A stretch of 63,853 nucleotides of DNA, filler included, from Reticulomyxa filosa (taxonomy: Eukaryota; Protista; Foraminifera), in assembly GCA_000512085.1 (NCBI GenBank). It is 18 parts of 18 records of this genome, joined end to end, with 100 filler letters (N's around TTAATTAATTAA, not from the genome) between each part and the next. Parts side by side here need not be neighbours in the genome. Positions count along the whole stretch, not along the records: positions 12,155 to 16,434 come from ASPP01028536.1; positions 16,535 to 27,192 come from ASPP01008208.1; 16 more parts are not named here. The stretch is one strand, 5' to 3'. The notes beneath the pieces are model-generated. The model saw only the letters and a list, made by a program, of their open reading frames with translations, did no database searches and was not told the DNA's origin. The position numbers were made by a program, and so were the translations under genes. The first letter of the stretch is position 1; the number at the start of each line of letters is the position of its first letter. Below, one piece after another: positions 12,965 to 27,192 of the stretch.

Positions 12965-15900
12965 TCATAGACGGAAAACGATTACTATGTTTGTTTTTTT
13001 TTCAAAGTTCAGTGGTTTGGGTTGTATCGGTTCATTAGTTTGTCTTTGCGTTCTACCGTTCGAAGCTTCATTTTTCTTTTTTTGCAATGGAGTATCCCTT
13101 GCATCAGCCAGCACTTTTAGCTGATGTTTAGTTTCGTTCTCCCAAGCGTTGAACTCGTCTGCCAACACCTAGACACAGTCCAAAAGAAATTTTTAAAAAA
13201 CTTTCTGTTTTTAAAAACTTAAAAAATTTAAACTTGGATTGTTTCTGATAAACGATTGCTCTCCAATTCTGCCTTACCAAGTTCTGGTAAGACAGATTTT
13301 TCCTTTCGGATTCGATGCTTTTCGTCAATCATGTGCATCTCGAGCCTTTTCTTTCGTTCCAATAAGTTTTCTTATATTTGAATTTAGAAAAAATTGTGCA
13401 AAGTAAAACATACAAAAAATATTGTTTTATATTTGATATTTTTTATTTTTGAAAAGCAAGAGAGCGCGTACCAATTGTATCACGAATATTAGTTGCATGA
13501 GTTTCGTGATTTTGGAAGACTACCTTTGGGATTGGTTTTAATCCTAGTCTTTTGTAAATTTCTTTGTCATGTTGAAATTTATCCAATTCAATTATACTTT
13601 TGACTTGCTTGTCCATCCGAACAATGTGTTTTTCATATTCTTTTGTGATGTTGTCTTCCTTTTGTTTCATTTGCTATTTTAAAAAAAATTAATAATTTAA
13701 ATTATTTTCAACTTTAAAAAATAGTAATAACATTATTTATATTTAGTTTTAAGGGCTTGTTTTGCAAAGTAATTTGAATTTTAGAAAAAGTTAAAAAAAA
13801 TTTTTATGCAAAGAGATATATAACGAACTTCCTGTTGTTTTTTCAACAGCGCGATTTTTTCATTTAATTTTTGTAGCTGTATGACGTGCGTTTTTAATTG
13901 CTCTGCCAATTGTCTACTTTTTTGTTGTCGTATTTTTTTGAATTCACAGATTTTGCCAAGATGTTGCTCTGCCGAACAGTAGTCAGCTTCGTGTTTCCCA
14001 GTTTTTTTTTTGAACTCTCTGGGGGTCGGCAAAAAACCATTGTTTGTTTCAAACACAATTTTTGGACGAGTTTCCTCTTGGTCACTGTCACTTGTAGCAA
14101 AATTTTCTTTGGTGAGCAAATTGTCTGTGACTGTGATAATTGCGTCTTGATTCTCTCTTTTGGAGCGACTATGGCTGTGAGCATGATGACTATGTTTGTG
14201 TTTTTTCTTAGGTTCATAGTGGTGAGAAATGTCGTTGGAATGATGCTCACTGTCAAGTGAATCCAGCTCCAATAACTTGGAGACACAGTTTGAAGTAAAA
14301 GAAATTTTTTTTGAGTCTGGCGGCGAGTCGGGGGTTTTGGGTTTATATATTTTGTTTTGAGATTGTGAGTTGGAATTTTTCTGGGCGTATAATTGCGTTT
14401 TAATATCTACTAACTCTTTTTCAAATAATTCACATTTGGATCTGGATTGTAAGATAAAAATTACATGATAAATTTGTATCATTTGTAAAACATATAAATT
14501 TTAAAAATGTATAACTTCCAAAAATTGACTTCTGTACTCTTTTTATTGCTTTGATCGACATGAATGGAATGTTGTTGTTTTACTTTTATCACTTTTTCAT
14601 CGACAATTTTTTGTTTTTCAACAAATTGCTGCACTTTTTCATTAAGTGTGGACAACAGAGCGCCCATATTTTCAAAAAGTATCTCACTTTGTGACCTTAT
14701 CTGTTGCTTGAATAGCTCTTGTTGGTCCATCGACTCTTCACACTTTGATCTGTGTGAACATATTTTTTATAGAGATGCTATTAAGATAATGATAAGATAA
14801 AAAAATACTTTATACAAACCTCCAATATCGAATTTCACCGTCATTTGAGTTTTGCTTTTTTGTAAACAAATCTTTTAAAATTGCAAACTTTTCAATTAAT
14901 TGCAGTTGTTTTATTGACAGCGACTCAAATTTGTTTTCAATTGAAATTTGCTTTTTGCCTATATCTTCTAGTGAACTATAATCAAGAAGAATTTTCTGGA
15001 GAGTTATTGTTTGCGTTTCTACTTTGTTTCTGTTTGTTTATTTCCAAATATGTTTTTCTTTTAAAGGGTAGCTTTGACATAAAAATTTTTTTTGGATGAA
15101 AAAGGAATACCGTAATAATTGAACATGTTGAAGCTGTGTCTCTTTTTGGCTATAAAAATATGTCTTGGCCTTTCCAAGTAATTTCAACATATTATTGCCA
15201 CTAGCCGAAAGCAGGCCAATCTTGTTGTTTATTTGTTTATTTGCAATTTCAATACTTTCCAAGAAAGTAGAATTTTGAAGGATTTGGTGCAATTTAGCGG
15301 CTTGTGTTTCTATATTTTTTCTATTGTTCAAAAACATTTCTTTTTTTGTATTTGTTCCTGCACATAAAAACAAAAAATATTCTTCTGCTGCCCCACTCCA
15401 TTTCATTGTTGGCTAACAAATATTTTCGGTGGAAAAAAAAAAAGCAACAAGAAATTTTGGAGCCAGTAAAAAAAAAAACATACTGCAATTCGTTAATTTT
15501 TTGGGACTTATCATGTCTTTTTTGAATAAGATAAGATTTCAGCGCATCAATATTCTGAGACAATCGAAGACATCTGATAGAAAGGGCATCCATTTGATTG
15601 TTAACTTCTGGCCAAACCATTGAAGTGGAGTATGTTGATATAAATTGAGTCAGAGTCTCTTGCACTTGTTTGTTTTTTGCTTGCGTTTTATTTCTATACA
15701 ATGTGAATGACCGTTGTATTATCACATTGTCATTATTATTTGCATTATTTTGTGTTAGTGTGTGTGCGGTTTAAAAAAAATGGAGTGGCTCTATATTTCA
15801 GACGAACTCGAAACTTTTGGTTAAAAAGATTCAGAGCGAGTTTGTTGGAAATGTGCTGATGATACTGCAACGTTTTTTTAATGGACAAGTGTTGCTGTTG

Positions 15901-16353
15901 TTGCAACACTTGGAGCTTTTGAACAATGACGCGATACGTGTCTAGTATCGCATGTAATTTGGAAAGACACAAGTTGATAGGGATGGAGTCAATGGGAATA
16001 GGAAGTTTGGAGTCACTTTCTCGATTAGATTCCTCAGCTACAACGGATTGACATCCATCGGTAGACGCTTTGTATACGCTTTCTGAGGACTCCACTTGAG
16101 ATAGACATTGACGGAACAAAGACAGCTGGTCATTGCATTGCAGCAAATCATTTTTCACGTCCACAGCACTACTCCATTGAGTAGATTCCATCACTTCTTG
16201 ACAATATTCGTCCACCAGACTGGCTCCGTTTTCGTCGTTCCAAAACACAAATAATACCTTTAAATTCATCCAATCTTTCGTGCAGTCTTCAATCCAACTC
16301 TTCACGTCAGCTGCGAGCTCTTCGCGAGGTGACACGCACATGCACTCTTGCAC
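12965..16353 (-). CDS. Large coiled-coil hypothetical protein, multi-exon, 5'-partial
   Basis: Series of minus-strand ORFs (15745-16353, 15321-15725, 15038-15406, 14479-14730, 13781-14482, 13443-13670, 12965-13168) rich in Q/K/E/L heptads and separated by AT-rich introns. Confidence 0.6.
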
Positions 16354-16565
16354 ATCTATATTGAAAGAAAAATAGAGTCAGTGCAAGGTTATTACAATGA
16401 AATAATATATATATATACATATACATATATATATNNNNNNNNNNNNNNNNNNNNNNNNNNNNNNNNNNNNNNNNNNNNTTAATTAATTAANNNNNNNNNN
16501 NNNNNNNNNNNNNNNNNNNNNNNNNNNNNNNNNNATATATATATATATATATATATATTGTACAA

Positions 16566-17369
16566 TCAATATAAAATACTATGCATATTGAAAAAGAGGG
16601 CACTACACATACACATATACCATTCGGGGTATGTCCAATGATAGCGGATAATATAAATGAAATACAAATCCAGAAAGTTCCACAGAGGGTAAGACAAAAA
16701 ATGTGTCAGGTTTGTAATCAGAATGGCAGAGAAAATACGATGCACGATGAAACAAGCAATGGCGGAGTAATATATGATTGAGATATTCGTTTGGAATGAC
16801 TTGTCATCCGACGAGGAGTCCCTATCCTCTTTGTTGCTGCTTGTGCTGTAATAATTTAACACGTTCAAAAATGTCACGTGCAAGGACTCGCTGACTATTG
16901 CCAACAGTATGCTTGTCATCATGTTCTTATTCTCTTTCACGAAATATCTCACGCTTTCAAACGCACTACGCGTTTTGCTTTGCGCTATGTTCTCTGTGTT
17001 CCCATTGGTGCTGTCTTCCGACACTATGCTTTGGTTCACTGCCAATGTATTTGCTCCTGCAAAATCCACCATTTCCACGGATATCGTGTTCAATGAGGTC
17101 GTCTTTTCCATTTTGCTCGAGTCCAGTTTTTCCGATAGTTGCAGGTTATTGTTCTTCGCTGGCCTTGCTGTCGATCGCGGGTGTGACACTACACGCACCC
17201 AAGACGCCCCTCTGGTCGAGTTCTCAATCGAACGTTTACCCACTATGCAGCATAGTGACAATGCCAAGAAAAATAGATACAATACCAAATACACAAAAAA
17301 GGCAATAAAAAACATTTTTTTAATAGTTTGGAAATCACTTTTATATAAAATGTTCCCTAGTTCAAACAA
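16566..17369 (-). CDS. Hypothetical membrane protein (3'-partial)
   Basis: Ser/Thr/Asn-rich N-terminal region followed by several hydrophobic segments (SILLAIVSE.., IIYYSAIACFIVHRIFSAILI, LWNFLDLYFIYII). Confidence 0.55.
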   Translation of the reverse strand: MFELGNILYKSDFQTIKKMFFIAFFVYLVLYLFFLALSLCCIVGKRSIENSTRGASWVRVVSHPRSTARPAKNNNLQLSEKLDSSKMEKTTSLNTISVEMVDFAGANTLAVNQSIVSEDSTNGNTENIAQSKTRSAFESVRYFVKENKNMMTSILLAIVSESLHVTFLNVLNYYSTSSNKEDRDSSSDDKSFQTNISIIYYSAIACFIVHRIFSAILITNLTHFLSYPLWNFLDLYFIYIIRYHWTYPEWYMCMCSALFFNMHSILY

Positions 17370-17942
17370 ACGTAAACCGTAAACTTTAGGCTTTTTAAAC
17401 AGTACAAACTATTTCTCATAGCGACACTACTTTAAAATAGCACATCTAATTTTTTAATCTAAACACTAACTTACATTTGTTTTAGTTTCATAAAAGTTAG
17501 TTTAAAACAATTTATCTATCCACAAATACAATTTTGTTTCATTCTTGATTAGGTAAAATACTTCTTTTTCTATACTTTACTTTTGAAAATTGTTTAATTC
17601 GAGTAAATATTAAAGTTAACAATGCCAATTTTACAGATTAACATTAATGAATTCATGCAATCTTACACTCGATATAATCAAATTTGTCTACAGCAGCTTG
17701 ACAAATACGAAAATGCATTTTTTGAAACAGGCCTCGCAAGTGTTTTGGTGAAGTGAGCAACATCCTAATAAACACTTATTCAAGTGAATCAATTTGATTG
17801 TTGATCATTTATCTTTTGTTCACAGTTGCAAAAAACAAAAAACTCCCAATATATTGGAGGGGGGACACAAGGCAAAAAATGAACTAAAAAAGTGCAAATG
17901 ATTTCTAAGTCAGTCATAGAAAATTTGTGTGTTATATCTAAC

Positions 17943-19068
17943 CTAAAAATATTCCCATTTATCTTCTTGTTGCCATCTTTTGTCTTGGTCGTAATTCCTA
18001 TGTTTAAAGTGTTGCTTAATCTAACAATCACGTACTACCGGAAAGGAGTTGTTTTTTTTTTTCCTAACTTCAAAATATCATCATAGTGTTTTGCATTGCT
18101 ATGTCATATGAACTGTTGCCATGTTTAAGCTGGCATTTGGAACTAAAGCACTCTCCTTTTTTCCAATACGTACAAGTAGTGGAGGGTGATGTCCACTCTT
18201 TTCTGTGTTTCGTTGAAGCACCTTTGGCGTTGTCACCGTCACTATAATTATTTGAATTGCTAGAATTATTCCAATTTCGTTTGAAACATTTTTTTCATCA
18301 AAATGACTATTAGCACCGGCACCGCGATGGTGCTCAGTGTCACGATTGTGATTAAGATTCGTGTTTGTATTGTACTTTCTTCTGTTCGTATTGCCGTGTT
18401 GATGAGGGCTATATTTTTGTTTTTTGTGATAAATATCTCTGCTCCCACTGCGACTACGGCTTTGATAATGGCCACGGCCTTGACTATGGTTTCGATTTCG
18501 GCTTCCATTTCGATCGCGGCTGCGACTGCGACTGCGACCGCGGCTGTGACTACGGCCGCGACCACGGCCATAACTGCGGCTTCGGCTGTGACTATGTCTA
18601 TATTTATTATTATTTGGATATCTGTTTCTGTTGTCATCCGAGTTGATCGACATTCGCACAAAATTCTTTTGTAAGTTTTCATTTCTGCGCATCGGGTGGT
18701 TGTTTCTGCCAAGTCGACGGGGGTTGTTCGAAAAAGGGACCGCTGATCGGTTCAAATGTGGAAACGGACCGCCGGAATGATGCGGCAAGTTGGAATTGAG
18801 AGATGCATTTGGATTGCCATGAGGTTCAAAGAGAGAAGGAATTGGGATTGGAGCACGAGAGACATTGGAGTGTTCAGAGTTTGGAAAATGACGAGGAGCG
18901 TCCCCAGGCGCAATGATAGAGAACACGATAGGTGGTGGTTCAGCCTGTGAGCCCATGCTAGGAGCAGGTTCTGGAAATCGTCTTTGCTGTTCATTGGAAA
19001 TGCAAAAGTGGTTCTCGAAAATGTGTGCACACAGAAGATATATACACATGTATACAGAGGTATATGTA

Positions 19069-19103
<35 letters not shown>

Positions 19104-21107
19104 CCTCTGTATGTGGAATAACCCCTCTTTGCAAGTTATTAGGCATGTCACGTATACTTTTGTTCGGTACAGGATTGAGAGATGCGGTGCGAAACATATC
19201 AGCATCTTGAATTGGAAAGTTGATGACATTGGCACGCGGCACGTTTAAGAGATGAGAAGGAGGGGAAAGAGAATGAGGACGAGATATAGCAACAGAAGCA
19301 GTGGGAGTGGCAGGATGGAAGACACTCCCAACAGTATTGACCATACCACCACCACCGCCTTTATGTCGCGATTCATCTTTGCTAAAAGGTATTCGTTGGG
19401 CGTGGTTGAGCAGCGTTTGTTGAATATGCCGCAGCAGCATTTTGTTCCCTTCGGCAATCTCTTCGTCTTCGTCCACAGCAAACCATAGCTCGCCATTGCT
19501 GATTTTGGTGACAAAGTGCGGGATTTCTTGCAGACACTTGCACTCATTGGCATTTGGAAAAATCTTCAAAGATTCCAGAATTTTCGGGTCGATACTGTGA
19601 CGACATAAATGTTCGTATACGTCTTTCAAGCCCACCCATTTTTGTCCGTTGGCTGCGCTCGACTTTAAAAAACTTTGTGCGAAAAACTTGACAATGTTTT
19701 CCCACGTTTGCAAATCATTGCCATTGGCTTGCGAGTCAGCCACAGTGTCGACCGCGTATAGCAAGCTGTGCTGCTCCGTCTCTCGCATCGTCTCGCTCGA
19801 GCTCTCACTGCCAACCTGCGGTCCATTGTCTGTTGGCGTCTTATTGTCAATGTCGGCGACAATATCAAAGTCAGTGATGCTCGGATACCCCGTTGTTATC
19901 TCTGTGTCGTTCCATGATATTTTTCTGTCGTCCTCTCTCATTTGATCTGATTCTTTACTATTATTATTATTATTATTATCATTATTATTATCATTATTAT
20001 TATTATTATTGTTGGGTCGACGCAATGCTCGTCGTTGCGTTCCACCACTACAATTATTACTACTTGTTGTCATGCTTTTATTGTCCAACTCTTTTTCTGG
20101 CGTGCTTGGTGGTGCTGTTTCTTGCACTTGTGCTTGACTTTGATCTTGAGTGTAGACTTTGGTTGGGGACGGAGGAGTGGATGCTTTTTGAGGCACTTGA
20201 TGATCTTGCACTTGCTCTTTTTGCGTGGCGCTGTCTTCTGCAGACCACAAATTGTCAAGATATCTCACGCGTATGGAGCATATCTTTTCCACGTCAATTT
20301 TGTTACTCAAGTAAGGAGGGACTTGGTTGTCTTTGAGACCGTATCTGGTAATGTAATGATTACTCAACTCGGACGGATCGATTAGTGTCATAGCTTTTGT
20401 CTACGTAGGTGAAGTACACACACACACATATACACATACGAATAGTATGTGTGTGTAAAAAAAACGAGGGAAAAAGAAGAGAAAACAGATGTTAACAATG
20501 GCAATGTTGGGCGGATTCAAAAAATGAAACAAGGTGGTGTCCAAGGCCTTCAGGGCATGGACGGATTGGTAAATCCAAGTCCAATGGACAATCTTGACGT
20601 GAGGGAATCTGGACTGACAAATACCGACTTGCTGCGTCATGCCCACGCGACATACCAAATGGGTGACCTTGTCGTTCAAATGGTCCACACAGGTCCCGCC
20701 GTGAGTCTTGATCAGTCGCCACATTTCGTCGTCTTCGTAGTGCTTCAACGAATTGGACATGAGACCACTGAATGTCACGACGCAGTTTTCGAACACCATT
20801 TCCTTCATTTTCTCGTAAATGACGCTGCAGTCGTTGAACTTCAAAATATTGCAGCTGATCAAGTAGTCGCTCAGCGATTTCTTCGAATTGTTTTGAAACT
20901 GGGTGGAGGAGTAATAGTATATTCGATGAACAGCTTGTAGCAAATTCCCAATGTTTAGTAGTATATTGCAATCGTTTTTTTGCAACAAATGGGGCAGACC
21001 CCATTTCTCTTCTTCCAAGGGATCTTTCGAAACATTGTTTGTACCATGTTTATAAAATGGACTTTGTTCTTGTTGTTGTTGTTGTTGGTGATGATGATGA
21101 TGATGAT

Positions 21108-21140
<33 letters not shown>

Positions 21141-22666
21141 TATTATTATTATTATTATTTTCACCACCATCATCATCATCATTATCATCATTATCATTAT
21201 CTCTGTCATCGTCCTCCTCGATTTCAGGCGGGAAAAACTCAAACTTGGGAACTTGAATTACATGCTTTGGTGTCATCCACATTTTGGGCATATCATCTAC
21301 AATGAGTATCATCGACTCTTCACACTGCACGATCAGGTTGCTCAAGCGCTTCAATTTGTTCTCGCTGGTGTTGCACATCTCCTCGTGCGTTTCGCGCGTT
21401 ATCATGCACTGCTTGAATATCTCTTCCGTTGGGTCGATCACCTTTAACACTTCGTGCGCGTAAGCCCTTATGCCCATTGTATAGATCGCAAGCTTAAAGT
21501 GCTTGCGCATTACATTCAAAAAAGTTCTCAAATGTGGTCTTTCTTTTATCCAATATCGTTGCTTTTATTTTTTATTTATTTATTTTTTTTTAAAAAAAGT
21601 GTGAATGGAGTCCTTGCACAGCAATGTGCAAGTGCACGTATACGTATACGTATACATACATACATACGTACAATATACTACATATGTATAGGAGAAAAAA
21701 AAATTGATTGATTGAGAGAGAAGTTGGCACACATACACACACAATCATACCAGCTGAGGTTTTCCATCTTTATTTGGCTGAGTGAAAATGATTTGATGGA
21801 TGGAATCTTTGAAAGGTGACACGGGATGTGTGTGCGAAGACATAAGTTCAGCAGCTCTGGGATTGCGAGTGGCATGAACAAGAGTGTGGTCCAAGTCCAA
21901 CACCAGAACAAGTTTTTCCATGTTATGTAACTGTTGTGTTCTCAGTTCCAATTTTTCTTTGTTTGTCAACACAAGATCGTTTTGAAGGTTATTATTATAA
22001 TAATAATTATAATTATTATAATTATTATTATTGTTATTATTACTTGGGACAATGTTAAACAATGAAGTCATTATTTTCAATTGGGTTGTGTTCAAATAAA
22101 AAGGTGGTGGTGACATATTCCTTTTTTCAAACGCCCTTCGCTCTTGCAGTTGGCTTGCCAACTCATTTTTTACTTGTTCAAAAGTGTATCCCAATTTTTT
22201 GCTGCTTTTTTCTTTTCTGATTTTGCTTTTCTTTTTCATTTCTACATCGTTTTCAAAAAAAAATAAATAAATAAATAAATCAAAAAAAAAAAACCAAATC
22301 AAACCAAAAGAAAACTTTGGGTGACAAGTCACAAAACGCTTGTTTTTGTTGTATTGTTTGGTATTTGGAAAACAATGTGTATTTCGGATTTATCACGTGA
22401 TGTTTCCAACCTGGCATGTTGTTGGTAAGTATGTAAGCAATGACTGTGCCTTGGGGAAGGTATGAAAAAGGAGTTGGCATTGCCGACAAGTGCTGAATAA
22501 TCCCGCCCATTGGCGCTAACAAACCGCATTTTCGGGCATCCTTTGTTTCTATAATCCCTATGCGTTGTCCTTTTTCTACCTTATCATTTTCTTTAATTTC
22601 CCATTTTGTCAATTTGCCCACACTAGGTAGTGCAACTTTGATGCGATCCATTTGGTTTGTTTTCAT
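17943..22666 (-). CDS. FCP1: RNA polymerase II CTD phosphatase FCP1/CTDP1 (CPL3/4-like), multi-exon, with a long C-terminal extension
   Basis: N-terminal lipoyl-like domain (GKLTKWEIKENDKVEKGQRIG). HAD motif KLVLVLDLDHTLVHA. FCPH motifs RPHLRTFL, IYTMGIRAYA and ILIVDD. BRCT domain VFENCVVTFSG..THLVC..KIVHWTWIYQS. RS-rich tail. The 3' end coordinate assumes an inferred last exon. Confidence 0.92.
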
Positions 22667-23613
22667 GCCTTACCATTCGCATTTTTTGTTTTTTGTTTTG
22701 TGTGTGTATTTGTGTTTGTGTTTATCTTTTTTTTTTTTTTTTTTGTATGTGAGTTTTAGCCTTTGTAGACTGGTTTTGTTTTTTTTTGCTCGTGGTTCAG
22801 TATTGTGCGAAGATGCGCGTATGAAAGAAAGGGGGAAAAGGAAAGAAAATCATATCGACATTTGGCCTTTTATTGCTTCAAGTACAATCTGCTTTTACAA
22901 GTGGATTGTTGGAAATAAGAAAGTTTCGTAAGTTACTCAACAACTAACAGCTTGTTCCTCACACTTCTACACAAGTTGTTGTTTCAGTTATAGACACAAA
23001 AGCATGCGAAATATGCAAAATAATGGATTTTTTGGGTTCACCCGTCAGCAATTTTTTTTTTCTAAAGAACAAAAGAAAAAGTTCAAACATTTTTTAAAAT
23101 TTTGTTTCAAGGTATCTTTGACTTAATACTTTTTAAAATTTATGAGTACAATAGATCTTATGTAATTATTCAGCTGGCGGTCACATTGAAAGTCTGGTGA
23201 TGAGTCAATTAGAAAAAATGTGATCATCTATGAAATGCGAATTAAAACGAAACAATCTTGCATGAAAAAGATAAAACAATGAAAAAGATGGACAGCAAGA
23301 AATGAATTAAAGACATCAACAACAGCCTCACATTAGAAAAAAGAATTTGATCACAACAGTGAATAGCTGCTCCTGTTTACAAAAAAGCAAAAAAACAGGG
23401 AATTGGGCACAATTATGTCAAACAACCAAACAACGGTTTGAAGTTTGAAATTAAAAGAAAAACGAAATTAAGTTATTTCAGGCCAATGGCAACGTTGTAG
23501 TGCCTTCACATTATTTATTAGCGTATCTTCAGAACATATCAATTTTTTATTTTTATTTTTTTTCCTCATAGGAAATTATTGGAATGTGTTGAGTTTTATT
23601 TGAGTAGCAATAA

Positions 23614-26600
23614 TCAAAATGTTGAGCGGTCTGTCTGGACACTGGAAAAAATGGAGTTTTTGTTATCCTTACTGTCAATTGTTTGTGCGGTTGACGGCAG
23701 ACGTCTCTTTTTGGAGGGCATTTGGCTTTCTTGCGATGTGAGCAATGACTTTTCTTCAAAGGCAATGCCATCTTGCGAAGTTAGGATTGTTCCAAACTCA
23801 AATTCTAATTTGTCGTTGGAGAGTGTCCTTCGTTTCGTCTCGTCATGATGAAGTGAACGTAAAGACGGAGATAAGGAAGCATTGTTATCATCCGACTCGC
23901 TGTCTGTGGTTTTCATGCCCGCATAAGAGCGTTTCAACTTTTTGTTGTCATGGGTAGACGTGTTCGTTGCCAGTCCGCCAAAAGATATTTTGAAGGGTCC
24001 ACCACCTCCTTCTTCTTCTTCTTCTTCTTTTTCTTCTTTCGAAGATAGGTTTTCCTTTGACGACAGGAGGTCTTGTTCTGTTTTCAAAGATCCAAATGTA
24101 TTGAAGCGAAAGGCGGAATTACTTTTAGCATCTTTGTGCTGTGAAATAATGTATATGCAGTTGTTACTATTGTTTTTTTTTTTTAAAAAATGTTGTTTGA
24201 GTTTTTTTTTTATTAAAAAAATCCCTCTTTTTCTTCTTCGTCATGAATAAAGCTTTCATTAGTTTGAAGCATTACCTTGCGAGCCGAGCTAAGCAGATCT
24301 GGCTCCGTTTCTTTGGTCCGTTTGGGGAGCAGCAATACTTTTTGATTGTTGGCTGTCTTTGTATGAGTTGCTGTCGTATTCGATTTTGTGAAGCCTCTTC
24401 CAGAGGCAAGTGCGACTGTTGCGTGCGGAGGTACATCGTTGGAAGATGGGTGAATGGAATCGACAGCCGATTTAATCGACGGCACGGAACATGGCACTTT
24501 GTCTTCATTCGTTTTGTGAATGAAGTCCAAGGTCATTCGCACGCTCAAATCCTTCACTATCTCAATGGTGCTGCTCAGCGATGAAGTGGAGCACGAGTCG
24601 TTATCGTCATCGCTCAGTTTGTTGGTGCGTTCATTTTCCATGTGGGCCTGGGCATTGTTGTTATCGTCATCGTTATCATTGGTGACTGAATCGGGTGGTT
24701 GATCTTGATCTTTTGCAGTGGCGATGGCAGCTTCACTCGTATTGACTTTATCCAATTCCTCAAATGAAGACAAGGGTTCCCCCGTGGCATTGTTTCTTTC
24801 TATCAACATACATAATTATACATAGACATAAATAGATAAATATGCACATATATACATTATATATGCAAATATGGTAAATCCGTCACAAAGAAAAAAGAAC
24901 TGGTGTGATTAGATTTATTGGCATTATCGTCCTCTTCGTCGATGCCAAAGTATCGATCCTCATCGTCTTCCACTCTCCAGGCATTGGTGAGCAGAGATGG
25001 AGATGTTTCGTGTATGGACGGGGACAAGACCATGGTTTCGTCGGTGGTAACGCTGATGGACTTTCCATCCAAAATCTTGATATACTTTTCATACAAGCGT
25101 TTGAAGACGGAAACATAGGTGATTTCTTGACTATATTTTGCCAACACAGATTTGATTTTAACACCGTTGCTATTGCTATTGCTATTGCTATTAGTATTGG
25201 TATTGGTATTGGTGTTGGTGTTGCTGTTGTGATGACTAGATGATTCGCAGGTGCCTTCGTTGCTACTTGTGGTGTGTGATTCTTTGGACTCGGAACTTGG
25301 CTGCGACGACACAACTGTGTCTTGTGACACGATTTCAGTTTCCACATATGACAAGTGACTCTTTTTTTGCACGCCGCCTTCGTTTTCTTTTTGTCTGTTG
25401 AGCGGCAATGCTTGTTCATTTGCACCCGTGTTTGTGTTTGTGTTTGTATTTGTGTTGACAGAAAGAGGCATGGACTCGTTGGAGTGAACTGTGTTATCCG
25501 TCAGGGGACAGGGAGAACACCCATGGTCTTCAATGCGAAGCTGTCCCAAGTACTGAATCACTGACGTCAAGTTCAGCTCGTTGATTTTTTCAAACAACGA
25601 CAACACCGTGCAATTCAACAAGTTGTTTGTTTGCAAGCCATTTTGTTCAAAAATCCGAAAGATGTTATCAAACAGCTCCTCTTCGATGAACCGTTTGTTC
25701 CAGAAATTGTCTTTCAAGTCTTTCGACAGACAGTCACGTAAAAAGCGGATTGAGTCCATTACAAGCACCTTTTCACTTAAAGGGAGATAAGAGGGGAGAG
25801 GGGGGGGAGGGGAAGGAAAAAAAAAATGTATTTAATTATTATTATTACAACTTTTTTATTTTTTATTTTTTTTAAGAAGGAAACAAACTGCAATCGTATC
25901 ATTGGATAGCGTTGACAAATTTCGAAATCGAGAATCGGTAAATCCACCAATCCATACACAATTCGCATAACGTGGTACCGCTCTTCCACTCGCTTCATTT
26001 CTTCGCGATAATGTGTGATGCATTGTATCAACACTTGCACAATAAACTTTTGCTGCAGTCTCAAGCACTCCAACGCTTGGAAGTCTTCTTCGCTTTCCAG
26101 CTCTCCACTTTGTAATTCGTTTTCGTTATCTTTGTCGTTGTCATGGTGCGAGGGCAAATGCTGCTCGTTTTGACTCCATTCCACAGTGGAAGCACATTGT
26201 CCGTCATTGAGATCGATGTTCGCCATGACGATGTCGTTGTCACTTTGGCTGTGAGCGATGGCGGTGTGCTGCGCGGAAGCCGAGTAACGCCGGTGGGATT
26301 GATACGGGTTGTGCGACTTGAGTGGCTCAAGCAATGTCGGCAGGCATTCGCTGAAGAAGTAGTCGACCAGTTTGGCTTGGCTCAGCGAGATGCCGTGGAC
26401 ACGTTCGATCAACATCAGTGGGAAGAACATTCCCATTATCAGTCGAAGTACATTTTGCATTTGGTCCAATAAGGCGCTGTCGGTCTAGCCATATAAACGA
26501 ATCACACACAATACATCATATAATAATAAAACAATAACAATAATAATAAATATATATGTATATATATATATGTACACATATTTTATTATTATTGTTATTA

Positions 26601-27192
26601 CTATCAGTTTGTAATGTTTGCTGATAGATTTGCGCAAAGTGTTGTATTACTTATGTAATTAAACTTGAGCTTTGACAGAAATGCCACGACAAAGTTGTTG
26701 CAAAAGATTAGGCTTGTTCGCGGCAATTTGTTTGACAATGTATGCTCGTATGTCTTCGGCCAGGTTGATGGGCGTAGATACCAAGTGGTACAAGGTTTCG
26801 ACGACGACCAACCACACATGAGAGTACTCATTTGCCGGCGAGATTTGCTCATGTTCAATGCAAGAGGACAGACATTCCAGCAGCTGGTGGTCGAGCAAAT
26901 TTCGATAAATGCTAATGCGATTGGCGTCGGGTAAAAACTTGACTCGCGTCATCAGCTCTTGCAAAAAGCGGAACAATATCGCATCTGGAGCTCGAAATAG
27001 CTCTTTTCGATTCAATTGACGTCGATTGAATTCTTTTTGCCATTCGGTCATTTCGACTGATTCCGTCGTTTGGTCCGTTATTTCAGTGCCGGTACGAGTT
27101 ATCAATAGCGTCCCGTGTTGGCCAAGCACCTTTTCATCGGCATCGCTATCCTGTTTTATTTTATTTTGTTTGTTGATTTAAAAAAAGGGGGG
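23614..27192 (-). CDS. PPP4R3: Protein phosphatase 4 regulatory subunit 3 (SMEK/Psy2), 5'-partial, multi-exon
   Basis: FRFLQELMTRVKFLPDANRISIYRNL; SIRFLRDCL..KDNFWNKRFIEEELFDNIFRIFEQNG..NLLNCTVLSLFEKI (cf. NGxRYNLLNSAxLELFEFI); ITYVSVFKRLYEKY; EDDEDRYF. Confidence 0.85.

Noticed and set aside
17943-27192. Functional clustering of two phosphatase-related genes (FCP1 and PP4R3)
   Set aside because: They belong to unrelated phosphatase systems, and nothing beyond adjacency supports a link.
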